A DNA stretch of 64,000 nucleotides from positions 25,892 through 89,891 of the forward strand of contig CAZTKG010000004.1 of assembly GCA_964613815.1 (NCBI GenBank). The letters run 5' to 3'. Position 1 is the stretch's first letter, and each line of letters starts with the position of its first letter. This document shows, piece after piece, positions 20,957-30,272 of the stretch. Made by a program: the position numbers and the translations under genes. Below the pieces are notes generated by a model. The model searched no databases, was not told where the DNA came from, and saw nothing but the letters and a program-made list of their open reading frames with translations. Source of the DNA: an uncultured Gammaproteobacteria bacterium. GTDB taxonomy: Bacteria > Patescibacteriota > Patescibacteriia > UBA9934.

Positions 20957-21004
20957 CTGCCTGATACAAAAGTGGTCCGTACGGACCACTTTTGTATCAG
21001 GCAG
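20957..21004. repeat. 48-bp perfect palindrome sharing the core of 17111-17152; partial third copy at 20861-20889
   Basis: CTGCCTGATACAAAAGTGGTCCGTACGGACCACTTTTGTATCAGGCAG. Confidence 0.9.
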
Positions 21005-21041
21005 ACAACGTCTACCAACGCACCAAATGCTCAAAGATCAA

Positions 21042-21974
21042 TTAAAAATCTCCAACATAAATCACCGAAATTGTGTGGGAATAACTCCCATCATCCGTCC
21101 CAGCAGCAATCGCCGCCTTTAGTGTTAAAAAATCACGCGACCGAAGCGCCACAGCAGAACGATCAGCCGCAATCTGCGCAGTCGTCGTAATCGCGGTATC
21201 AGCAGTATCGAAAGTCGTGGACGCAATCGAAGAGTCGCTAGACCTAGCGCCATATTCCTCACTTCCAGCACTCACCGTCCCGTCACTCACATCCGTAATC
21301 GTATTCGAAAGATCATTACTATGCGCCAAGCCTCGATTTTCTTCTACATAAACCGAATATCCATCCGGCACATCTGTAGAAGCCTCCCAACCAACGATCG
21401 ACGTAGCAACAGCGCTGCTAGAAAGCGACCCCAAACTCAAACTAGTCCCATCAAGCGCATAAACATAGTCAGAAGTCCCATCAACACTAACCGAAGTATC
21501 CCCCTCAGCGAGCCAATCAAGCACCAAATCCGATCCAGAAACACTAGAAATCTTTCCCATCGCGCTCACCTGACTCGCCCCCTCATCCTGAACCACAGCA
21601 ACATAATCCCCAACACTAAATCCAGTAGCATCAGAAACCGTCACAGTGCTCCCACTAAGCGCACTAGCCCCTACCTGACTCGTCGCGTCTTGAAGCAAAA
21701 CCTCAAAAGCCACCGTTTGATCATAAATTCCACCACGGTAACCTCCTCTCACATCATAAGAAGTACTCGTAATCCTCCCAAGCGCCTGCCCGCCAACACT
21801 ATCCCTCAACTCATAATTCGACGAACTTCCGGTGTCTCCACCCCCTTGAGACAGGTTGTCCCAATCAATCCGAAAATTACTAGACGTCATCTGCGCAAAA
21901 CTAACACTTCCAGGAGCAAGAACGACCCCCAAACAAACCACTACACCAACAAGACGCGCTAAATTCATACACAT
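21042..21974 (-). CDS. secreted Ser/Thr-rich surface protein
   Basis: Signal peptide, AQMTSSNFRI..SSSNYELRDSVG N-terminus, WxL-like C-terminus. Confidence 0.7.
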   Translation of the reverse strand: MCMNLARLVGVVVCLGVVLAPGSVSFAQMTSSNFRIDWDNLSQGGGDTGSSSNYELRDSVGGQALGRITSTSYDVRGGYRGGIYDQTVAFEVLLQDATSQVGASALSGSTVTVSDATGFSVGDYVAVVQDEGASQVSAMGKISSVSGSDLVLDWLAEGDTSVSVDGTSDYVYALDGTSLSLGSLSSSAVATSIVGWEASTDVPDGYSVYVEENRGLAHSNDLSNTITDVSDGTVSAGSEEYGARSSDSSIASTTFDTADTAITTTAQIAADRSAVALRSRDFLTLKAAIAAGTDDGSYSHTISVIYVGDF

Positions 21975-22771
21975 TCATTATACATCGAGCACAATTCTTG
22001 GTCAAAGAAATATTAAGCCAATCTTAGCCACAAATCGAACATTGTGGAAGCTTTCAAAACCCACAAAAAACAGATCAAATCCAAATCTGTGGATAAATAG
22101 CTCATTTTCCACACCAAAAACACACATCAAAAAACCGCATGACACCTCACCAAAAAAATGCCCAACCATGACCCGAAAAAAAGACAAATCACTGATCTGC
22201 CTCCTCAACCAACACAAAAACCACCCAGGCCTCAATCAAAAGAAGCGGAGAAAATTTCTCAAAACTCAAAAACCCAAATTTGTCTACGCAATTCTCGACA
22301 TTCATCACAAAAAAAAATACACGTCTCGTTCCTCACAACAAAAACACAAGTTCTCAATCACAAAAAAATAACAACCATTTTTTCCTCGCGAAACACATTC
22401 TGTAGATAACCTGTAAATAACCCTGTGAACTTCTTGTAGATACACACAATCAGTCCACACCCAAAAAAATCAAAAAACACCAATAAACCATCAATTTTCC
22501 ATCGATACTCACACCAAAACCACAACGTTATCCACCGAACCAACGATCATAAACCAATCAAAACAACCAAACCCAAACAGGGCAGGGCACCAAACCAAAA
22601 AAATCCACCCTCATCACAGTGGACAACTCCCCACTTCTCCACAGTCAATACACAAAACAACCATCAACAAAATCAAAACACCAAAAAAACGGCCCACAGC
22701 CGAAAAAATAATGTCTTCCAGTTACTTTTATCAAACACAGCCTGTACAAGACCAGAAACGACGCCGAGCTC

Positions 22772-22895
22772 CCAGAGAGGGTAAGTCGCTCTGTGGTGGT
22801 GATTCTTTTTAGAAACCGCAGTAAAACGTACTCATAGTACGTAGTCGAGGATTTCTAAAAAAATCGCCGCCACAGAGTGACTTGGCCCTCTCTGG
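22772..22895 (-). repeat. ~124-nt long hairpin element abutting the tRNA-Arg(CCT) 3' end
   Basis: CCAGAGAGGG...CCCTCTCTGG inverted ends; homolog at 37342-37465. Confidence 0.8.
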
Positions 22896-22969
22896 AGGCC
22901 TCGAAGGGGGTCGAACCCTTAACCTTGTCCTTAGGACGGACCTGCTCTATCCAATTGAGCTACGAGGCC
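22893..22969 (-). tRNA. tRNA-Arg(CCT)
   Basis: Reverse complement GGCCTCGTAGCTCAATTGGATAGAGC..GTCCTAA..GGTTCGAC..GAGGCCTCCA. Confidence 0.92.
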
Positions 22970-23120
22970 AAATCGCTGTCTACGTTCTTTATCTTCCCAC
23001 TTGTTCCTCAAGAATATTTCTTTCACAAGCGTCGTAAAATAAAAACATATCTAACAACGTAAAAATGATACAATACCCAAACTCAAAAAACCACCTAAAC
23101 AACCTAAACCCCTACAAACC

Positions 23121-24233
23121 ATGGAAATACTCTACATCGCGCTCATCATCGCCGGATTTGCCGCAACAATTTTTACCATATTCAAAGTCACCCGAGACAA
23201 GGGAACAAACGAAGATGCGTCGCAAAATATTTTACAAAGACTTGATTCAATGAGAGAGGAGCTTCAAAGAACGAATAGCTCGCATAGAAAAGAGGTTCAA
23301 GACAAATTGGAACGCGTTCAAGACAAACTCAGCCAAGGAATGCAGCATTCCCACTCCTCCATGCAAAAACAGTTCGACCAAACCTCCAAAATCATCAAAG
23401 ACGTTACCCACCAACTCACATCCCTCGACAAAACAAACAAACAGGTCCTCGACTTCTCCTCCCAACTAGAAAACCTCCAGCACATTCTCAAAAACCCAAA
23501 ACAACGTGGAGTTTTAGGCGAATATTGGCTAGAAACCCTCCTCGGCAACGTCCTCCCAGCTTCAAGTTACAAAATGCAATATCACGTAGGTGACGACGAA
23601 GACACCAAACAAAAACTCATCGCAGACGCCGCTATCTTCATCCGAAACCAAGTCATCCCAATCGATGCCAAATTCACCTTAGAAAACTACAACCGAATGA
23701 TGCAGGAGAAAGAACCAGAAAGAAGACTAAAAATAGAAAAAGACTTCAAGACAGACGTCAAAAAACGCATCGACGAGACATCGAAATACATCCAACCAAA
23801 CTTCGACACCATGAACTTCGCCTTTATGTTCATCCCAGCAGAAGGCGTCTACTACAACCTCCTAAACGCAGCAGTAGGCTCAGGCGTAAACAGTAAAAAC
23901 CTCGTAGAATACGCCTTCGCAAAACACGTCATGCTCGTATCTCCAACATCCTTCTACGCATATCTCCAAACCGTCCTCCTCGGCCTCAGAGAACTCCAAC
24001 TAGAGGAATCCACCCAAGACATCATCAAAAGAGTAGGGGAGCTAGGGAAACACGTACACGCCTACCGCGAATATCACGAAAAACTAGGCAAAAACCTAGG
24101 AACCGTCGTCAATCAATACAATCAATCCAGCAACGAACTCAAAAAAGTCAGCAAAGACGTCATCAAAATCACGTCAGGAGAAAAAAAAGACATCATAGAA
24201 CTAGAAAACCTGACAAAGCCAGAACTAGAATAA
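23121..24233 (+). CDS. rmuC: DNA recombination protein RmuC
   Basis: N-terminal TM, coiled coil, KQRGVLGE, IDAKF, FMFIPAEG, VSPTS. Confidence 0.93.
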   Translation: MEILYIALIIAGFAATIFTIFKVTRDKGTNEDASQNILQRLDSMREELQRTNSSHRKEVQDKLERVQDKLSQGMQHSHSSMQKQFDQTSKIIKDVTHQLTSLDKTNKQVLDFSSQLENLQHILKNPKQRGVLGEYWLETLLGNVLPASSYKMQYHVGDDEDTKQKLIADAAIFIRNQVIPIDAKFTLENYNRMMQEKEPERRLKIEKDFKTDVKKRIDETSKYIQPNFDTMNFAFMFIPAEGVYYNLLNAAVGSGVNSKNLVEYAFAKHVMLVSPTSFYAYLQTVLLGLRELQLEESTQDIIKRVGELGKHVHAYREYHEKLGKNLGTVVNQYNQSSNELKKVSKDVIKITSGEKKDIIELENLTKPELE

Positions 24234-24282
24234 ACCTTGACAAAACCCCCCGTTTTCCGTACCATCTCCTCATCAAATACCT

Positions 24283-24549
24283 ATGCCAAATCTAGACAAC
24301 GCCAAAAAGGCTCTGCGACAAGCAGCAAAACGAGCAGAACGAAACAAAGTCACACGCGACGAAGTTCACTCAATGCGCCGAAAATTCCGAAAACTCCTCG
24401 AGACAGGGAAACAAGACGAAGCAAAAACGCTTCTCTCATCCCTCTACAAAAAACTCGACAAGTCAGCAAAAAAAGGAATCTTCAAACAAAACAAAGTCGC
24501 TCGCATCAAATCACGAGCAACCCTCAAGCTAAACAAGGCATCAAAATAA
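24283..24549 (+). CDS. rpsT: 30S ribosomal protein S20
   Basis: MPNLDNAKKALRQ..LDKSAKKGIFKQNKVARIKSR. Confidence 0.95.
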   Translation: MPNLDNAKKALRQAAKRAERNKVTRDEVHSMRRKFRKLLETGKQDEAKTLLSSLYKKLDKSAKKGIFKQNKVARIKSRATLKLNKASK

Positions 24550-24585
24550 CGGGCAAAACCCGTTTTTTTGATATCATCACAACAT

Positions 24586-25098
24586 ATGAAACGAGCATTC
24601 ATCGCAATCGGCACAATCATCATCATTGCCGCAGCATACTATCTCCTATCACCAATCTGGCGAGTCATTGAAGTAAACGAGGAAATCCCATTCGAGGAAC
24701 AAGTACCTATCTCACAAACAGAAGCTCCAACTGAACAACAAGAAAACGAACCGGAAAACATCGAACCAACACCAGCACCAACCACCATCGCCCAAACAGA
24801 CTTCACTCCAGCCGACCACGACGTATCAGGATCAGCCTCCATCATCACAGACGGCACCCAAACCATCCTCCGCTTCGAAAACTTCGAAACAATCAACGGC
24901 CCAAACCTCCACATCTACCTCGCCTCAGACACCTCAGCAAGCGACTACATCGACTTAGGACCCATCAAAGGAACCAAGGGCAATATCAACTACGAAATCC
25001 CATCAGACGTCGATCTAGCAACCTATAACCAAGCCCTCGTCTGGTGCGTCCCCTTCAAAGTCCTATTCAGCTACGCAGACCTCCAAATCAACGACTAG
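24586..25098 (+). CDS. DM13 domain protein
   Basis: HDVSG..LRFENF..NGPNLHIYL..DLG.IKG.KGNINY..VWC..F. Confidence 0.9.
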   Translation: MKRAFIAIGTIIIIAAAYYLLSPIWRVIEVNEEIPFEEQVPISQTEAPTEQQENEPENIEPTPAPTTIAQTDFTPADHDVSGSASIITDGTQTILRFENFETINGPNLHIYLASDTSASDYIDLGPIKGTKGNINYEIPSDVDLATYNQALVWCVPFKVLFSYADLQIND

Positions 25099-26080
25099 AA
25101 ACCATCTCCCCAACAAGCAAATCCACCGCAACATCCGGCGCAATCCCGCCGGATTTTGCTTTCATATCAAATTCATACAATTTGTCATGCCACCGCTCCA
25201 AATCCACCATCTCAACCTTCCGAGCTTGCCCTACGGTCTTACTTGCCACAAACGGATGCAACCCAAGCACCTTAGCCGCATCCCGCTGATTTCCGCCCCC
25301 ATCAAGAAACGCCCTCGCATTCATCAAAAGCCGAACCTGCCGAGCAATCATCGTCATCAAATAAATATCCGCCGCCCCAAACCCCCGCTGCTTATCCAAA
25401 AGCCCCAAAACACGCGCAGAATCACCCCCCACAAGCCCATCCATAAGCGCAAAAATCACATCATCACTTCGCGTCCCACCCAATAAATCAACCATCTCCC
25501 GCGTCACCGCCTCACCACCAGCATACGCACACAACTTATCAATCTCCGCACGGAGCATCCAAAGCTCCCCGCCACTCGTCGAAACAACCATCCGCAAAGC
25601 CTCATCATCAAACCGCCCCCCAATCTTCGCAACATACTCCCGAGCCCATCCATTCAAACCAGCCCCCTGCAAAACATCAAACGCATAAGAATGCACCCCT
25701 TCCTGTCCATCAAAAGCCTTAAAAAACGAATGCTTCTTCACCGCAGCAGATTTCATCCCACTCCACAAAATCACAATCGTACTCTCCGGCACCCGCTCAA
25801 ACGCCGTCACCCAAGGCGCCGCATCCGCCTTCTTTTTCTTCTCCTCCAAAAGCCCCCGAACCACAACCATCCGCTTCGCACGCAAAAAAGGCGGACTCTG
25901 CACCGCCTGCATCACCTCCCCAAGCACATTCCCACCACGCCCCAGCTTCAACTTCTCCCGCAAATCAACCTCAAGCAAATTCATCCCCGCAGCATCAAAC
26001 TTTTCCTTAAAAGCATCCCGCATCACACGAACCTTTTCCTGCGACCGATACCCATCTTCCCCAAAAACAAAAATAATCAT
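25088..26080 (-). CDS. holA: DNA polymerase III delta subunit
   Basis: MIIFVFGED, PFL..KRMVVV, EIDKLCAY, IFALMD, LGLHPFVASK. Confidence 0.9.
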   Translation of the reverse strand: MIIFVFGEDGYRSQEKVRVMRDAFKEKFDAAGMNLLEVDLREKLKLGRGGNVLGEVMQAVQSPPFLRAKRMVVVRGLLEEKKKKADAAPWVTAFERVPESTIVILWSGMKSAAVKKHSFFKAFDGQEGVHSYAFDVLQGAGLNGWAREYVAKIGGRFDDEALRMVVSTSGGELWMLRAEIDKLCAYAGGEAVTREMVDLLGGTRSDDVIFALMDGLVGGDSARVLGLLDKQRGFGAADIYLMTMIARQVRLLMNARAFLDGGGNQRDAAKVLGLHPFVASKTVGQARKVEMVDLERWHDKLYEFDMKAKSGGIAPDVAVDLLVGEMVSSR

Positions 26081-26144
26081 GCCAAGATGGTACCAAAACC
26101 AAGCCCCTCTTGACAAAACAACCAAAAAAACCTAAATTAACCCC

Positions 26145-26369
26145 TTCCATTTGCTCGTTCGACACCAGTCAACATCTGCGGACGCCCCGTCCCCAGAGAC
26201 GCCACCACCCAAAGCGTCAATCCGCTCTGCATATGCAACGATTGCTCAGATTTCATCAGAAATCAGAAAATCGCTGCATATGCACGACGTTCGTTTGCCC
26301 GAACCCCTCTTTCGGCACATACCTGCATCAAGATTCCCGCAAACGCACTCTAGATCAAACGAAATGGAA
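26145..26369 (+). ncRNA. retron-like ncRNA unit U1
   Basis: Promoter TTGACA 26110/TAAATT 26133; arms TTCCATTT-GCTCG...CG-AAATGGAA; core stem GGACGCCCCGTCC; cargo hairpin TGCATATGCA..TGCATATGCA; terminator. Confidence 0.75.
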
Positions 26370-26431
26370 CCCACCCCTAATAAAGGGGTAATTTTTATTG
26401 ACAAATACAACCAAAACATCTAGAGTCCACT

Positions 26432-26617
26432 TTCCATTTGCTCGTTAGTCATCCGCTAACACTGCGGGCGCCTCGCCCCCAGAAAAAAGCATACCTGACA
26501 CGACCAGGCACGCTGCAAATATGCGACTTTTACCCGCTTCGCTCCAGTAAAAGTCGCATATTTGCCACTCAAGCTGCGCTCGAAGCCATCACGCAACTGT
26601 CATCAAGCGAAATGGAA
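26432..26617 (+). ncRNA. retron-like ncRNA unit U2
   Basis: TTGACA 26398/TAGAGT 26421; arms TTCCATTT/AAATGGAA; core GGGCGCCTCGCCC; 19-bp perfect cargo stem GCAAATATGCGACTTTTAC/GTAAAAGTCGCATATTTGC; terminator. Confidence 0.78.
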
Positions 26618-26681
26618 CTCACCCCCTAACGAAGGGGTATTTCTTTTTGACAAATCCCCAAATTCCGCTAACCTAACCCCA

Positions 26682-26909
26682 TCAACTTGCTAGACGTCCT
26701 CGTCAACCTGCCCGCACCCCGCGGCCAGACCCAGACACACCCCCAAAGACCCCGAGTACAGAAAATCTCGCCTTAACGGAAATTTTGCTCCCAAACTCGC
26801 AAAATTATCCAACCAGTCAAGATTTTCTGCCGCTCCCGAGAGAAATCCGCCACTCGCCACAAGCGGCTTCACTCCGATTTCTCACGCTCCAAGTACCAAG
26901 CGAAGTTGA
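26682..26909 (+). ncRNA. retron-like ncRNA unit U3
   Basis: TTGACA 26647; arms TCAACTT-GCTAG...CG-AAGTTGA; core CCGCACCCCGCGG; cargo stem CAGAAAATCT/AGATTTTCTG; terminator CCGCCCAAAAGGCGG-T5. Confidence 0.78.
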
Positions 26910-26944
26910 CCCTCCCCGCCCAAAAGGCGGTTTTTCTGTCCCAT

Positions 26945-27012
26945 CTATCGCTCCGGCTCCGCCGAGCCCTATCGTCGAGCTCAGCTCGACCCTATCGTTC
27001 AGCTTTGCTGAA
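26945..27012. repeat. CCTATCG-spaced mini-hairpin cluster
   Basis: ctatcgctccggctccgccgagccctatcgtcgagctcagctcgaccctatcgttcagc; closely similar to 40001-40075. Confidence 0.7.
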
Positions 27013-27142
27013 TTCTATCACTCATGCTTAAAAGCTTGACAAATCACCCAAATTCCGCTAATCTCCCCCTCTGAATCAATCCCGATTCACCCCCGCTCCT
27101 TTCGCTTCGAATTGAGTACCACCCCGCGCAAAAGAGGCTATC

Positions 27143-28408
27143 ATGGCCAAGAAACCCCAAAAGGGACCCAAGCGCCCAGGTCAAAAAGGCTACAAGGACA
27201 ACAATTTCCAGTTGATCCTCGCCCTCCCGGCCCACTTCGCAGAGATGCTCCGCGAACTGCTTCACATCCATCAGTCCGACTGGGAAGTCCTCATGGACAT
27301 CCTCCGGCAAGGACACGAAGCCGCCTACAGAGAAGAAAAACGCCGAAAGGGCAACGGTGGCACACGCTACATCCATGCCCCCTGCGACACCCTCAAGGAC
27401 GTGCAGCGCAAGATCCTCAACCAGTTCCTCTCCCAGATCCCGATCCACTTCATTCGCTGGGGAGGCCGGAAGGGCAGCTCTGTCGTGAAGGCCGTCGACA
27501 ACGCCATCGGCGCTCGATACGCCTTCAGCATCGACATCATGAACGCCTTCCCGTCGGTCTTCCGAAGCCGAGTCCAGGCAGCCTTCATCGAGCCCGTACG
27601 CCACATGCTCCGCATGTACAAAGGTCTCGAGATATCCGAAGACGACATCAAAACCCTGGCCTACGCCCTCGCCGACCTCTGCATCCTCCACGACCGCCTC
27701 CCGCAGGGTCCACCTTCTTCGCCGCGAATCCTCGACATCGTCTCCTTCGGCATGGACCGCGACATCGGAGCCCTCGTCGGAGAGTACCGCACCCCCATCA
27801 ACAAGATGCATGCGTTCATCTGGGTCGACGACATCAACATCGTCAGCCACGAACCCATCCCAAAAATCGTGCAGGAAAAGCTGAAGGCAATCATCAGAAA
27901 GTACAAGTTCATGCCACACCACCGTCCTGGCAAGTGCGACTACTTCTCTGTCGAAACCGGCAGGTTCCCAATCCTCCTCGGGATCAACATCTTCACCGGA
28001 ACCCTCGCGCCCAAAACGGTCAGACGCTTCCGCAGCAAGCTCAACTGGCTTCTCAAGCAGAACACCTGGGGCGTCAAACAACTCCAAACGGCAGCCGGCA
28101 TCGTTGCCTACCTCGACCAGATCTACCCATCAACCGGTCGTCGTCGCAAGCGTCTTCCTTCAGCTCTCCGAGTCCTCGTCCCCCGCACTCGCGCCCGCAT
28201 CAAGGCCGAACGCGCCGGCGACCCGGTGACCATCAACATCACCGAAGTCGTCGAAGAGCTCCTCGCCGAAAAAGAAGAAAAAAACGGTCAGACCGGACGC
28301 AAGATCATCGACACCATCGTCCACGACGCCTCCGCAACCGGAGACCCCGACCACGACATCGAGATCCGCATCGCACTCGCTCAAGAGGCGCTCGCCGAAG
28401 CAAGCTGA
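27143..28408 (+). CDS. retron-like reverse transcriptase (divergent; WVDD catalytic motif)
   Basis: KGNGGTRYIHAP..LKDVQRKIL, DIMNAFPSV, LPQGPPSSPRI, WVDDINI, ILLGINI at the retron VTG position; own promoter TTGACA 27036. Confidence 0.88.
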   Translation: MAKKPQKGPKRPGQKGYKDNNFQLILALPAHFAEMLRELLHIHQSDWEVLMDILRQGHEAAYREEKRRKGNGGTRYIHAPCDTLKDVQRKILNQFLSQIPIHFIRWGGRKGSSVVKAVDNAIGARYAFSIDIMNAFPSVFRSRVQAAFIEPVRHMLRMYKGLEISEDDIKTLAYALADLCILHDRLPQGPPSSPRILDIVSFGMDRDIGALVGEYRTPINKMHAFIWVDDINIVSHEPIPKIVQEKLKAIIRKYKFMPHHRPGKCDYFSVETGRFPILLGINIFTGTLAPKTVRRFRSKLNWLLKQNTWGVKQLQTAAGIVAYLDQIYPSTGRRRKRLPSALRVLVPRTRARIKAERAGDPVTINITEVVEELLAEKEEKNGQTGRKIIDTIVHDASATGDPDHDIEIRIALAQEALAEAS

Positions 28409-28523
28409 TCTCCTCAATCTCACCCTGTCGCTCGCCTACCTACCGAAAGGTAGAAGCAGCGACAGGGGATCCTATCTCGCCCTTCACCCAAAAGTGGAGA
28501 TCGAGTACGATCGAAACCTTCCC

Positions 28524-28726
28524 TGCAGTTTGCTTGAAAATCGGTCACCAAAAGACATTACGCGCCTAGCGTCATGCCGACCAATCACCCAAGACGACTA
28601 AGCCTCGCTGACAAAGACAAGCTTTGTCAGACGCGGTCAGGTACTCCGGTGAACAATGGGGGACGCGAGCTTCCCAATACGCCCACCTCCATACCTGACA
28701 GCGCTACCTCGTCAGTCGAAACTGCA
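28524..28726 (+). ncRNA. retron-like ncRNA unit U4 (subtype X)
   Basis: Arms TGCAGTTT-GCTTG...CG-AAACTGCA; shares CGGTC..GCGCCT.GC..GACCA.TCACCCA with U5, U7, U9. Confidence 0.68.
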
Positions 28727-28823
28727 CCTTCCGGAAGTCCAACCAACTTCCGGGTTCTTATATCGCCCTTCTCCAAGCAGAAGGTCGGCAAAGGAACACC
28801 GAACATTTCATCAGGAGCACCCA

Positions 28824-29936
28824 ATGCTACAAGTCCGCGCCGTCGAAACAAACGGCAACATCACCTGGGAATTCCTCGACGAATCCCAAAGACGCTACTA
28901 CTTCGCCGAACTCGACGAACCATCCCATGACGCAGCCCCCACCCCAGATCACATCCCAAAACAACGATTCAACGACGGCGACATCTGGAACGCCGAGATC
29001 GTCCGCGCTGTAAGAGAAGGTCGCGACCGAGTCGCCTACATCCGACTCATCTCCCAAGTCCGAGACCTCTCACCCTGGGAATCCATCACCGAACTCCCTG
29101 GCTTCTGGACCGACCCAGACATGCTCAAGTCCGTCCTCGCTCTCTTCCATCTCAAAGCCTGCGTCCTCCTCAAAGGCTCAAAGGGAAGAGGAAAAACGAC
29201 CTTCATCTTCATGGTCGCCGAGCAGCTCGGCTGGCAGCACCCGTGCAAAGTCGACATGGCCGCCATCAAACGCGCCACCGACATCGCCGGCCAAAACGCC
29301 GCCAAGAAGGGAAGTACCCTCTTCCAGGGCTCCGAACTGTTCCACTTCCTCAAGCGGGCAGAAGCCGCCCACAAAGCAGGCCTCCTAGACACCTTCCCAG
29401 TCCTCCTCGACGAAATCGGCCGCGTCCACGCCAAAGCAACCGGCGCGCTCCACGGCCTGTTCGACGACACCCGCATGATCACGCTCACGACCGCAGAAGG
29501 CAGCATCACCTTCCGCATCCCCCCAAACGTCGTCATGATCGGCACGGCCAATATGGGATACGCCGGCAACTTCGAAGTCGACGAGGCACTCAAAGATCGC
29601 TTCATCGCGATCAACATGCCTCGCATCCCCACCGAAGAAGTGGCCAAGATCCTTATCGCAGAAGCCGGCATCACGCAACAACAAGCCCTCGACATCGCCC
29701 GCATGGGAGAAATCCTCGAGGACCTCTCTCGTCACGCCATCAGCTTCGCACCAAGTCTACGCGCACTCAAAGTCCTCGCCCAAATGGTCGCTCTCGGCTT
29801 CAACATGAAACAAGCCGCCTTCACCTGCCTCACCGGCTGGCTCGAAGGTGAGATCACCGACCACAGCTCAGAAGCCGGCAAAGCCTGGGTCGCCATCACC
29901 ACAAAGGCATCCGTCGACCCCGACGACGAAGAATAA
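28824..29936 (+). CDS. MoxR/CbbQ-like AAA+ ATPase with N-terminal OB-like extension
   Basis: Walker A GSKGRGKTT, Walker B VLLDEIGR, IGTAN, DEALKDRF, SLR; AGGAG RBS before ATG 28824. Confidence 0.88.
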   Translation: MLQVRAVETNGNITWEFLDESQRRYYFAELDEPSHDAAPTPDHIPKQRFNDGDIWNAEIVRAVREGRDRVAYIRLISQVRDLSPWESITELPGFWTDPDMLKSVLALFHLKACVLLKGSKGRGKTTFIFMVAEQLGWQHPCKVDMAAIKRATDIAGQNAAKKGSTLFQGSELFHFLKRAEAAHKAGLLDTFPVLLDEIGRVHAKATGALHGLFDDTRMITLTTAEGSITFRIPPNVVMIGTANMGYAGNFEVDEALKDRFIAINMPRIPTEEVAKILIAEAGITQQQALDIARMGEILEDLSRHAISFAPSLRALKVLAQMVALGFNMKQAAFTCLTGWLEGEITDHSSEAGKAWVAITTKASVDPDDEE

Positions 29937-30006
29937 CCCAACCTCCAGCAGAATCTCTGCTGGCTCATATCCTGAGCTCGATACACCACATCGAACCCAG
30001 GCCACG

Positions 30007-30260
30007 AGCAAATTGCTAGAACCTCTTCAAGAGACGGTCGCTAACCTTCTTGCGCCTCGCATCAAGTAGACCATTCACCCAACTCGACCAGCCCGGTCCA
30101 TCACGCCACTCTCAAGCGACGTGATCCCCGGATCGATACCATCCTACGTCAGGTATCGATTTCGACACCTCAGATTTCAATTACACACTTCCGGCTTCCA
30201 GCCTCCGTCGCGAAATCAAAATCAGAGGTGTCAAAACTATCGATCTCATTCGAATTTGCT
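30007..30260 (+). ncRNA. retron-like ncRNA unit U5 (subtype X)
   Basis: Arms AGCAAATT-GCTAG...CG-AATTTGCT; cargo hairpins ATCGATACC/GGTATCGAT and GACACCTC/GAGGTGTC. Confidence 0.75.
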
Positions 30261-30272
30261 TTTCACATCTTA

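Noticed and set aside
27143-28408. Group II intron or DGR reverse transcriptase
   Set aside because: No maturase or endonuclease domain or intron domain V seen, and no TR/VR pair with adenine-specific mismatches or avd gene. The N-terminal and QG motifs fit the retron-like class.
28656-28823. N-terminal extension of the AAA ORF
   Set aside because: It overlaps ncRNA unit U4 and a linker hairpin; the RBS supports ATG 28824.
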